Origin: an uncultured Alphaproteobacteria bacterium
GTDB taxonomy: Bacteria; Pseudomonadota; Alphaproteobacteria; ATCC43930; CGMCC-115725
DNA length: 64,000 nucleotides
Direction: 5' to 3'
NCBI GenBank assembly: GCA_963701815.1
Contig: CAVPBN010000003.1
Location: 152,081 to 216,080 of the forward strand
Positions 29,226-37,326 of the stretch are shown here, piece after piece. The translations under genes were made by a program, and so were the position numbers. The notes beneath the pieces were generated by a model. That model did no database searches. It was not told where the DNA came from and saw nothing but the letters and a program-made list of their open reading frames with translations. Each line of letters starts with the position of its first letter. Position 1 is the stretch's first letter.

Positions 29226-29653
29226 TGGTCATCGACAGCTCGGCAATCGTCGCGGTGCTGCTGAACGAGAAAAACGCCGCCCAAATCGCCCAGGCGATCG
29301 AGGCCGCCTCGCAGCGCCTGCTCTCGGCGGTAAACCTGCTGGAGGCCTCGATCGTGATCGAAAGCCGTAAGGGCGAAGCCGGCGGCCGCGAGCTCGATTT
29401 GCTGCTCTATCGCGCCGCGATCGAGATTGTCGCGGTCGATCAAGACCAGGCCGAGACCGCGCGCATCGCCTGGCGGCGTTTCGGCAAGGGCCGCCATTCC
29501 GCCGGGCTCAATTACGGCGACTGCTTTGCCTATGCTCTGGCAAAGAGCAGGGGCCTGCCGTTGCTGTTTCAGGGCGACGATTTCTCGCGAACCGACATCG
29601 ATGCGGTTTCGCTGCAGCCGGACCCGACGCGGCCGGAAGTCGGAGCGAGCTGA
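29225..29653 (+). CDS. vapC: VapC PIN-domain ribonuclease toxin
   Basis: 142 aa, MVIDSSAIVAVLLNE (first acidic residue), ...NYGDCFAYALAK..LPLLFQGDDFSRTDI. These are canonical PIN motifs. Confidence 0.88.
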   Translation: MVIDSSAIVAVLLNEKNAAQIAQAIEAASQRLLSAVNLLEASIVIESRKGEAGGRELDLLLYRAAIEIVAVDQDQAETARIAWRRFGKGRHSAGLNYGDCFAYALAKSRGLPLLFQGDDFSRTDIDAVSLQPDPTRPEVGAS

Positions 29654-29666
29654 GCGGGTGTGTCCT

Positions 29667-29822
29667 CATTCAATGACCTCGTCGGCCTGCGCGAGCAGCG
29701 AGAGCAGCGCGCCGAGGACGAGCGCCTTGGCGGTTTTGAGGTTGATGACCAGTTCGAACTTGGCCGGTTCCTGGATCGGCAGGTCGCCGGCCTTGGCGCC
29801 TTTCAGAATGCGCACGCCGCCC
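29667..29822 (-). pseudogene. C-terminal remnant (~50 codons) of an ABC-transporter substrate-binding protein (COG2984-like family)
   Basis: The minus-strand frame reads [51 protein letters not shown]. This matches the conserved C-terminus ..[31 protein letters not shown]....LLARADEVIE of that family (recalled, not searched). It starts right after the SDR stop and has no N-terminal part. Confidence 0.6.
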
Positions 29823-29824
29823 AA

Positions 29825-30592
29825 TCACCACGCGGTCCAGCCGCCGTCGGCGAGCAGCGACGAGCCGGTGACGAGGGAGGCGGCGGGCGAGGCGAGAAAC
29901 ACGACCGCGGACGCCACCTCCTCGACCGTGCCGAGCCGGCCGAGCGGGACGCGGTCGAGCACCCATTTCTTGAACGCCGGATCGGCGAAGAATGGCCGGG
30001 TCAGCGGCGTGTCGATAAAGGTCGGGGCGATCGACACGACGCGGATGCGCTTGGGCGCCAGCTCGACCGCCATCGCCTTGGTCAGCCCTTCGATCGCGTG
30101 CTTGGTCATCACATAGACGGTGCGGTCGCGTTCGGAGCCGACATGGCCCATCTGCGAGGACATGTTGACAATGACGCCGCCGCCTTGCCCGACCATCAGT
30201 CGAGCCGCCGCCTGCGCCACCAGAAAAGCAGCGCGGACGTTTAGGGTCAGCAGCCGATCGAGGGTTTCTTCGTCAACTTCAAGAAAGGGCTGCGGCCGGT
30301 TGAGGCCGGCATTGTTGACCAGGATGTCGAGCGTGCCGAGACCGGCAAAGGCGTCGCGCATTGCTGCGGCATCGGTCACATCGAAGGGCAGCGTCCGCGC
30401 TTTGCCGCCTCTGCAGGCAATCTCGCGCGCCACGGTGTCAAGCTCGCTCGGTGTTCGGCTGACCAGCACCAGCTCGGCGCCGGCGCTGGCGAGCGCCAGC
30501 GCGACGGCGCGGCCGATCCCGCGCCCGGCGCCGGTGACGAGCGCCGTCTTGCCGTCGAGACGGAAGGGGTCGAGCGGCATGATCGCTAGCAA
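29825..30592 (-). CDS. SDR-family oxidoreductase
   Basis: 255 aa with TGAGRGIG, NNAG and the YxxxK region YVMTKHA. The start may be the internal MPLDPF. Confidence 0.88.
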   Translation of the reverse strand: MLAIMPLDPFRLDGKTALVTGAGRGIGRAVALALASAGAELVLVSRTPSELDTVAREIACRGGKARTLPFDVTDAAAMRDAFAGLGTLDILVNNAGLNRPQPFLEVDEETLDRLLTLNVRAAFLVAQAAARLMVGQGGGVIVNMSSQMGHVGSERDRTVYVMTKHAIEGLTKAMAVELAPKRIRVVSIAPTFIDTPLTRPFFADPAFKKWVLDRVPLGRLGTVEEVASAVVFLASPAASLVTGSSLLADGGWTAW

Positions 30593-30594
30593 GC

Positions 30595-30735
30595 CCCTCT
30601 CCGCCCGCGAGGGGGAGAGGGAGGGGCCCGTCGCGCAGCGATGGGAGGGTGAGGTGGACGGCGCCGCAACTCAGCCCATCGGCCCCCCTCACCCTCCCTC
30701 TCCCCCCGGCCAGCGGAGGGAGAGGGTAAATATGC
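30595..30735. repeat. Cluster of three family 2 (CCCCTCTCC / GGGAGAGGG) hairpins
   Basis: CCCCTCTCCGCCCGCGAGGGGGAGAGGG; then GGGAGGGTGAGGTGG...CCCCTCACCCTCCC; then CCCTCTCCCCCCGGCCAGCGGAGGGAGAGGG. Confidence 0.8.
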
Positions 30736-30771
30736 CTATCCCGTGCATTTACGTATCGTCCGCTCGAAGCC

Positions 30772-31711
30772 CTAAGCTCCGATTTCTCCCGCATAGGTTT
30801 CCAGCAGCCGCCATGCCGCCGGACCGGCACTTTCGCGCCAGCGTGCATAGAACGGGCCGAGCCGGGCCCGGAAGCTCTCGGTATCCGCAGTGTTGACCGC
30901 CATGCCTTTGCGGCGCCAATTCCTCAGCCCCGGCGGCATTGATCGTTTCGGTGTCCTGGCGTTGCAGCAGCGCAAATTTTTCGGCGTTGCGCTCGACGAC
31001 TTCCTGGATGTCCCGCGGCAGGGCGGCCCAGGCATCGGCATTGGCGAGCAGCGTGAACCCGGACCACCAGTGGCGGGTCAGGCTCAGATGATTCTGCACC
31101 TCGTAGAGTTTGAGCGACAGGACGACGCCGAGCGGATCGCTCTGGCCGTCGAATTCGCGCGCCTTCAGCGCCTCGTACATCCGGTTGAACGGGACATAGC
31201 CGGCCTCGGCGCCGAACGCGGCGAAGAAATCGCGGGCGATCTCGCCGCCCGGGCTGCGGATCTTGACCCCGGCGAGATCGGCGGCGGTCTGGATCGGCCG
31301 GTTACTGGTGGTCAGATGATGAAACCCGTTCTGCATCGAGCGGCGGAAGGCATGGACCCCGTTATGCGCCAGCTCGCCGCGGATGCGGTCGCCGAGGGAG
31401 CCGTCGAGTGCGGCAAACACCGCCTCGGAGTCGCGAAAGGCGAACGGCAACAGCGGCAGCGCGCTGGTCGGCGCCAGCCCGCCGAGCGTGGCGCCGGCAA
31501 CGAAGAACTCGAGCGCACCGCTGCGCAGATCGGCCAGCATCTGCGGGTCGGGTCCGAGCCGGCTTTCCGGGAACACCTCGACGTCGAGCGCGCCGTCGGT
31601 GTCGGCGGCGATCGCCCGACCCATCTCCGCCATCCGCTGGGCGGTCGGGCTGTGCGCCGGCTGGTTGAGCCCCAGGCGGCAGCGGTATCGCGGCGTCGGA
31701 TCGTTCTGCAT
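30772..31711 (-). pseudogene. TRAP-transporter DctP-type solute-binding protein remnant (no signal peptide, frameshift near 30912-30922)
   Basis: It begins MQNDPTPRYRCRLGLNQPAHSPTAQRMAEMGRAIAADTDGALDVEVFPESRLG, which aligns to the mature N-terminus of DctP proteins with no leader in any frame. The C-terminal 55 aa (RRKGMAVNTADTESFRARLGPFYARWRESAGPAAWRLLETYAGEIGA) are in another frame. No dctQ/dctM is nearby. Confidence 0.7.
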
Positions 31712-31766
31712 CGGCCGATGATAATCGACGATCGCCACACCGGAAAGCCGGCGACCTCTGCGCCGG

Positions 31767-32426
31767 CTACAAACCCTTTTCGACCATGTCGAGCAGGCGC
31801 TGGCCGATGGCGTCCCGCTCGGCGGGAGGCAGCTCGCGCAGCGGCCCGTCGGTGAACAGCATGGCCAGACCGCGCACCGCGGACCAGGCCAGATATTCGG
31901 CGCCCGGGCGCCGCTCGGCAGGCAGCGCGCCGGCCGCGACCAGCCGGTCGAGGGCGGCGCCGAGCAGCTGAAAGGGGTTGAGGCCGCTGTCCCCGGCCTT
32001 GGCCGGGACCGGGACGCCGCGGGTTTCGTCGGGGATCGCAAACGCGGTGCGGAACAGCCCGGTTTCCTCCTGGGCGAAGCGCAGGTAAGCGGCGCCGATC
32101 CCGCGCAAGCCCGCGCGAGCAGCGTCGGCGGGGTCGGTCGGCGGCGGCAATCGCGCCAATTCGGCTTCCATCGCGACGGCCAGCGCCGACAGCGCGGCCG
32201 AACGGACCGCCTGCAACAATTCCCACCGGCTGGCGAAGTGCCGGTACGCGGCGTTGGGGACGACACCGGCGCGCCGGGTGGCTTCGCGCAATACGACCGC
32301 ATCGGGCCCACCGGCGCGCGCCAGCTGCATCCCGGCATCGAGCAATGCCCGGCGCAGATCGCCGTGGCGATAGGTGCTGCGCTCCGGCGGCCCGCTTGCC
32401 GCGCCCGTTGTCGTGTCGGTCGTCAT
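31767..32426 (-). CDS. TetR/AcrR-family transcriptional regulator
   Basis: 219 aa. The N-terminal HTH is LREATRRAGVVPNAAYRHFASRWELL. Confidence 0.88.
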   Translation of the reverse strand: MTTDTTTGAASGPPERSTYRHGDLRRALLDAGMQLARAGGPDAVVLREATRRAGVVPNAAYRHFASRWELLQAVRSAALSALAVAMEAELARLPPPTDPADAARAGLRGIGAAYLRFAQEETGLFRTAFAIPDETRGVPVPAKAGDSGLNPFQLLGAALDRLVAAGALPAERRPGAEYLAWSAVRGLAMLFTDGPLRELPPAERDAIGQRLLDMVEKGL

Positions 32427-32433
32427 TTATATG

Positions 32434-32479
32434 TGGACGCCGTCCATTTCCTTTGTTATAGCATTGTGGACGGCGTACA
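32434..32479. promoter_or_regulatory. Two copies of a 13-nt palindrome, candidate TetR operators, in the divergent intergenic region
   Basis: TGGACGCCGTCCA (32434-32446, perfect palindrome) and TGGACGGCGTACA (32467-32479, one mismatch). Their centres are 33 bp apart. Confidence 0.6.
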
Positions 32480-32514
32480 CAAAGCCGTTTGTCTCAACCC
32501 GAGGGAGAAATCCG

Positions 32515-32928
32515 ATGCAAGTCCAACCCTATCTGTTTTTCGACGGCAGCTGCGAGGAGGCGGCCGAATTCTACCGCCGTACCCTCGGCGCCCAGGTGGT
32601 GATGCTGATGCGGTTCAAGGACCATCCCGACCCCAAGCCCCCCGGCATGGTCCCGCCCGGCGGCGAGGACAAGGTCATGCACATGTGCCTGCGCATCGGC
32701 GGCACCGAGGTGCTGGCTTCCGACGGCGGGTGTCGGGGGCAACGCAGCTTTCAGGGATTCGCGCTGTCGCTGACGGTGGCCGACGAGGCCGAGGCGGCGC
32801 AGCGGTTTGCGGCGCTGGCCGATGGCGGTCAGGTGCAGATGCCGTTGGCCAAGACCTTCTTCTCCCCGAGTTTCGGCATGGTCGCCGACCGCTTCGGGGT
32901 ATCGTGGATGGTCTACGTCGCGGCTTGA
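32515..32928 (+). CDS. VOC-superfamily protein (PhnB/YjdN-like, 3-demethylubiquinone-9 3-methyltransferase domain)
   Basis: 137 aa. RBS GAGGGAGA, then MQVQPYLFFDGSCEEAAEFYRRTLGA....VMHMCLRIGG..VLASDG...FGMVADRFGVSWMV. Confidence 0.8.
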   Translation: MQVQPYLFFDGSCEEAAEFYRRTLGAQVVMLMRFKDHPDPKPPGMVPPGGEDKVMHMCLRIGGTEVLASDGGCRGQRSFQGFALSLTVADEAEAAQRFAALADGGQVQMPLAKTFFSPSFGMVADRFGVSWMVYVAA

Positions 32929-32977
32929 GCGACACCGCTGGGGGAAGCAACCGCCGTGGCGATTTGCGCCGCAAAAA

Positions 32978-33004
32978 GACCCCGGCCCGCCTAGGACCGG
33001 GGTC
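32978..33004. terminator. GC-rich hairpin flanked by an A-run and a weak T-run
   Basis: AAAAA-GACCCCGG-(11 nt)-CCGGGGTC-TTGCTC, 50 nt after the stop of the preceding gene. Confidence 0.4.
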
Positions 33005-33139
33005 TTGCTCGACCGGGTCGGCGCGGCGCCGATTTGCAGGGACCCGTGCTCCGGATATCGCTTGTCGCCGGGCTCGGCCCACGGCTGTCCGGTTCAGGAA
33101 ACGCGGTTGCGCAGTTGGGGCCGGACCTCAACCCCCCGC

Positions 33140-33275
33140 TCGTCATGCCCGTGCTTGTCACGGGTATCCACGTCTTCCGGCGCCGAAGCTGGGTCCGTGG
33201 GCACCACGTCTTTTTCTTGCAAGCCCCTCCATTGCAAAACGTGGACGGCCGGGTCGAGCCCGGCCGAGGGGATGT
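33140..33275. repeat. Family 3 structured repeat (GTCATGCCCG..CTTGTC.CGGG.ATCCACGTCTTC ... ACGTGGA.GGCCGGGTC.AGCCCGGCC type)
   Basis: It contains hairpins CCCGTGCTTGTCACGGG and GGCCGGGTCGAGCCCGGCC plus the CCACGT/ACGTGG pair. It resembles a repeat I recall as abundant in Bradyrhizobium/Rhodopseudomonas intergenic regions. Confidence 0.6.
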
Positions 33276-33473
33276 ACTTCGAAGCATTTTAAGATCATCG
33301 TAAATCTGAACCGGACAGCAGTGGGCCGAGCCCGGCCGCAAACGGTGCAACGGTGACGTGCGGCTTGACACGCCGGTGCGGGTCAGAGCCCCGGCTGCGC
33401 CGGCAAATTGGCGGCGGCGACATTGCGCGGCAGCCGATCCGGCGAAGGCCCCGTCGTGGGGCCGATCCTGCGC

Positions 33474-33502
33474 TTGACAGCCTCGTCGGCGGCGGCTAGT
33501 AA
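33474..33502 (+). promoter_or_regulatory. Sigma70-like promoter candidate for the metZ leader
   Basis: TTGACA - 17 nt - TAGTAA, immediately upstream of the SAM-II-like element. Confidence 0.45.
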
Positions 33503-33506
33503 GCCG

Positions 33507-33566
33507 CTGTTCGTGGTGAATTTGAGCCGACCGGCTTGCGCGCCACGTTAAAAAAAGCGCTAAAAG
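33507..33566 (+). promoter_or_regulatory. Candidate SAM-II (metA-element type) riboswitch
   Basis: CGTGGTG-AATTTGAGCCGACCGGCTTGCG-CGCCACG-TTAAAAAAAGCGCTAAAAGG. It has a P1 stem, a GGCUUG loop and an A-rich tail with AAAGC, as recalled for alphaproteobacterial SAM-II leaders, and it lies upstream of a methionine-biosynthesis gene. Confidence 0.55.
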
Positions 33567-33584
33567 GTCGGGAGTTCGAAAGAA

Positions 33585-33616
33585 ACCCTGGCCTGCGCGG
33601 GACCGGGGTTTTTTGT
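33585..33616 (+). terminator. Imperfect hairpin followed by T6: possible attenuator between the riboswitch and metZ
   Basis: AACCCTGGCC-TGCGCG-GGACCGGGGTT-TTTTG. Confidence 0.45.
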
Positions 33617-33657
33617 TGCCCGGATCGGCGCGGCCGCAGCCCGGAGAGACCCAGCCG

Positions 33658-34863
33658 ATGGCCAAGCCCGTTCTGCCCGCCGATCTCGCCGCCTCCGTCG
33701 CGCCGGCGACCCTGCTGGTGCGCGGCGGCGCCACCCGTACCCTGCATGACGAGACCTGCGAGGCGTTGTTCATGACCTCGGGCTTCGTCTACGACGACGC
33801 CGCCTCGGCCGAAGCCGCCTTCGCCCAGGATGGCTCGCGCTATGTCTATTCGCGCTATCGCAACCCTACCGTGGCGATGTTCGAGGAAAGGCTGCGGCTG
33901 ATCGAGGGGGCCGAGGCCTGCCGCGCGACCGCCAGCGGCATGGCGGCGGTGTTCGCCGCTCTCTTATGCCGGCTGCGCGCCGGTCAGAAGGTGGTGTCGA
34001 GCCGGGCATTGTTCGGCTCGTGCCATTACATCGTCAGCGAATTGCTGCCGCGTTGGGGCGTTGAGACCGTGCTGGTCGACGGGCGCGACCTCGGCGCCTG
34101 GGAAACCGCGCTCGGCGGCGGCGCCGCACTCGCTTTTTGCGAGAGCCCGTCCAACCCGGCGATGGAGATCGTCGACCTGACCGAGGTGGCGCGGCTGACC
34201 CATCGCGCCGGCGGCCTGCTGGTCGTCGACAACGTCTTTGCCACGCCGCTGTTGCAAAAGCCGTTGGCGCTCGGCGCCGACGTCGTCGTCTATTCGGCCA
34301 CCAAGCACATCGACGGCCAGGGCCGCTGTCTCGGCGGCGCGATCCTCGCCTCGGAGAAATTCATCAAGGACGATCTCGGCCTGTTCTATCGCCATACCGG
34401 GCCGTCATTGAGCCCGTTCAACGCCTGGCTGTTGCTGAAGGGGCTGGAGACTCTCGAACTGCGCGTCGACCGGCAATGCGAAACCGCCGCGGCGGTCGCC
34501 GATTACCTCGAGCGGCATCCGAAGATCGCCCGGGTGCTCTACCCCGGCCTGCCGAGCCACCCTCAATACGCACTTGCCGCGCGGCAGATGAAGGCCGGCG
34601 GCAGCCTCGTCTGCTTCGACGTCGCCGGCGGCAAGGAGGGCTGTTTCCGGTTTCTCGACGCGCTGCGGCTGGTCGACATCTCGAACAATCTCGGCGATTC
34701 GAAGAGCCTCGTTACCCATCCGGCGACGACGACGCATTCGCGCCTCAAGCCCGAGGCGCGCGCCGAACTCGGCATCGGCGACGGGCTGGTGCGCTTTTCG
34801 GCCGGGCTCGAAGCCGCCTCCGATCTGCTCGGCGATTTCGAACAGGCGCTGAACCGGGTTTAG
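33658..34863 (+). CDS. metZ: O-succinylhomoserine sulfhydrylase
   Basis: 401 aa. It is a Cys/Met-metabolism PLP enzyme with YSRYRNPT, the PLP-lysine region YSATKHIDGQG and THPATTTH. The overall sequence is MetZ-type. Confidence 0.85.
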   Translation: MAKPVLPADLAASVAPATLLVRGGATRTLHDETCEALFMTSGFVYDDAASAEAAFAQDGSRYVYSRYRNPTVAMFEERLRLIEGAEACRATASGMAAVFAALLCRLRAGQKVVSSRALFGSCHYIVSELLPRWGVETVLVDGRDLGAWETALGGGAALAFCESPSNPAMEIVDLTEVARLTHRAGGLLVVDNVFATPLLQKPLALGADVVVYSATKHIDGQGRCLGGAILASEKFIKDDLGLFYRHTGPSLSPFNAWLLLKGLETLELRVDRQCETAAAVADYLERHPKIARVLYPGLPSHPQYALAARQMKAGGSLVCFDVAGGKEGCFRFLDALRLVDISNNLGDSKSLVTHPATTTHSRLKPEARAELGIGDGLVRFSAGLEAASDLLGDFEQALNRV

Positions 34864-34972
34864 CGATATAAATATGTAATATGAGTCTCTATTGACATAG
34901 GAGATCCGTTTTTAATATCTGAGCCACATTCTCGAAGCGGTATTCGATCGCTTCGTGCCGGCAGAGGGCGGT

Positions 34973-36691
34973 ATGGCTCAGATCGACAGCATCTCCAAAC
35001 CCGAGGCGATCAAGCAGCAAAGCCGGCAATTGCGCGGCCATATCGCCCGCGATCTCGCCGACCCGGCGGTCCCGTTCGACAAGGAGGGGTATGCGCTGCT
35101 GAAGTTCCACGGGATCTATCAGGGCTACGACCGCGACACCGCGACCGAGCGCAAGCAGCGCGGCGACGACAAGATCTGGCAATTCATGGTGCGGGTCCGC
35201 ATCGCCGGCGGGCGGCTCGGCGCCGACCAGTATCTCGGCCTCGACCAAATCGCCGGCTGCTGGGCCGACGGATCGCTGCGGATCACGACAAGACAGAGCA
35301 TCCAGTTCCACGGCGTCGTCAAATCCGGCCTGCAGGCGGCGATCGCCGAGGTCAACGGCGCGCTGCTGACGACGCTGGCCGCCTGCGGCGATGTCGTACG
35401 CACGGTGACGACGGCGCCGGCGCCGATCCGCGACCCGGTCCATGACCGGCTCGAAGCCGATGCGCGCCGGCTGTCGGCCCATCTGCTGCCGCGCACCGGC
35501 GCTTATCGCGAAATCTGGGTCGACGGCGAGAAATGGCAGGACCCGGAGGCCTCCGCCGGGCCGGCGGAGCCGTCCGATCCGCTCTACGGCGACCGCTACC
35601 TGCCGCGCAAATTCAAGATCGGCCTGGCGGTGCCCGAGGACAACACGATCGACGTGTTGACCAACGACCTCGCGATCGTCGCGCTGTGGCAGGACGGCCG
35701 GCTCGCCGGCTACGATTTTCTGCTCGGCGGCGGGCACGGCATGACCCACAACAACCCGAAGACCTATCCGCGGCTGGCGACGCCGGTCGCCTTTGTCGAG
35801 CCCGAGGACCTGCTCGACGCCGCGGCGGCGGTCGTGCGCCTGCACCGCGATCACGGCGACCGCGGCAACCGCCGGCACGCCCGGCTCAAATACGTGATCG
35901 CCGAGCACGGCGAGGAGTGGGCGCGCGAGCGGCTCGCGGAATATCTCGGCAAGCCGCTCGAACCGTGCCGGCCATTGCCCGCCTTTGCCGTTCCCGATCA
36001 TCTCGGCTGGCACGAGCAGGGCGACGGCAGGCTCTATCTCGGCATTCCGGTGGCGAGCGGCCGCATTATCGACGACAGCCGCGCGCAACTCCGCACCGCG
36101 CTGCGCGAGATCGTCGCCCGCTTCCGCTGCGACCCGATCCTGATGCCGAGCCAGGACATCATCCTCAGCGAGATCCGCCCGCAGGACCAAACTGCGATCA
36201 CCGCGATCCTGCGCGCGCACGGCGTGCGCCTCGCCGACGACATGTTGCCGGCCGAGCGCTGGGCGCTCGCCTGTCCGGCATTGCCGACCTGCGGGCTGGC
36301 CCTGACCGAGGCCGAACGGGTGCGCGACGACATCGTCGCCCAGATTGCGGCGCCGCTCGCCCGGTACGGGCTGGAGAATGAGCGCCTCAGCATCCGCATT
36401 ACCGGCTGCCCCAATGGCTGCGCCCGGCCCTATACCGGCGATATCGGCATCGTCGGGCGCATGCCCGGCTTCTACATGCTGTTTGTCGGCGGCGATTTCG
36501 CCGGCACCCGCCTCAACACCGCGATTGCCGACAAGGTCGCGTTGGCCGAAATCGGCGAGGTGCTGGACCCGCTCCTTGCGCGCTACGCCGCCGGACGCGG
36601 CGATGGCGAAGGGTTTGGCGATTTCTGCCATCGGGTCGGATTGCCGGTCTTGCAGCAGGCGTTGGCCGAGCGCCGCAAGGGTGCGGCCTGA
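34973..36691 (+). CDS. cysI: Assimilatory sulfite reductase hemoprotein (siroheme/4Fe-4S)
   Basis: 572 aa from MAQIDSISKPE. It has LLKFHGIYQ, TTRQSIQFHG and the Cys cluster CPALPTCGLA ... ITGCPNGCARP. Confidence 0.9.
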   Translation: MAQIDSISKPEAIKQQSRQLRGHIARDLADPAVPFDKEGYALLKFHGIYQGYDRDTATERKQRGDDKIWQFMVRVRIAGGRLGADQYLGLDQIAGCWADGSLRITTRQSIQFHGVVKSGLQAAIAEVNGALLTTLAACGDVVRTVTTAPAPIRDPVHDRLEADARRLSAHLLPRTGAYREIWVDGEKWQDPEASAGPAEPSDPLYGDRYLPRKFKIGLAVPEDNTIDVLTNDLAIVALWQDGRLAGYDFLLGGGHGMTHNNPKTYPRLATPVAFVEPEDLLDAAAAVVRLHRDHGDRGNRRHARLKYVIAEHGEEWARERLAEYLGKPLEPCRPLPAFAVPDHLGWHEQGDGRLYLGIPVASGRIIDDSRAQLRTALREIVARFRCDPILMPSQDIILSEIRPQDQTAITAILRAHGVRLADDMLPAERWALACPALPTCGLALTEAERVRDDIVAQIAAPLARYGLENERLSIRITGCPNGCARPYTGDIGIVGRMPGFYMLFVGGDFAGTRLNTAIADKVALAEIGEVLDPLLARYAAGRGDGEGFGDFCHRVGLPVLQQALAERRKGAA

Positions 36692-37293
36692 TGCTGCCGA
36701 TCACGGTCGATCTGGCGCGGCTGCGGGTAATCCTGGTCGGCGGCGGTCCGGCCGCCTGCCGCCGGCTCGCTCTGCTCGACGAGTCGGGCGCCGACAGGCT
36801 GGAAATCTATGCCGTCGACGCCGGCCCGGCCCTGATCGACGCCGCCGGCCAAAGGCTGCGCCGGCGACTGCCGCGGGCGGCAGAGATCGCCGGCGCAAAT
36901 CTGGTCTTTCTTGCCGGCCTCGCCGATCGGGCGGCGGCCGACATCGCTCGGATCGCCAAAGATGCCGGTGTGCTGGTCAATGTCGAGGACGATGCGCGCC
37001 GCAGCGACTTTCATTCGGCCTCGGTGGTGCGCCGCGGCGACCTGACCCTGGCGATCTCGACCAACGGCAAAAGCCCCGGTCTCGCCGCGGTGCTGCGGCG
37101 AATCCTGGAGCGCTCTTTCGACACCGGCTGGGGAGGCCGTCTCGACGAGCTCGCCGCGCTGCGCCGCGGCTGGCGCGCGGCCGGCGCCGATACCGCGGCG
37201 GTCGGCCGCCGGACCGAGGAATGGGCCGGCCGGCATGGCTGGCTCGCGGCGATGCCCGGCTCTTCCCAGGACCCGCGCCGGCCGCTAGCCTAG
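36691..37293 (+). CDS. Precorrin-2 dehydrogenase / sirohydrochlorin ferrochelatase (CysG N-terminal domain-like, SirC/Met8 type)
   Basis: 200 aa with VILVGGGPAACRRL (Rossmann) and TLAISTNGKSPGLA. The start overlaps the cysI stop (TGATG). No uroporphyrinogen methyltransferase domain is attached. Confidence 0.8.
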   Translation: MLPITVDLARLRVILVGGGPAACRRLALLDESGADRLEIYAVDAGPALIDAAGQRLRRRLPRAAEIAGANLVFLAGLADRAAADIARIAKDAGVLVNVEDDARRSDFHSASVVRRGDLTLAISTNGKSPGLAAVLRRILERSFDTGWGGRLDELAALRRGWRAAGADTAAVGRRTEEWAGRHGWLAAMPGSSQDPRRPLA

Positions 37294-37326
37294 GCGACAA
37301 TTGCGGCTTTCGGTCAGAGGTGAGGC

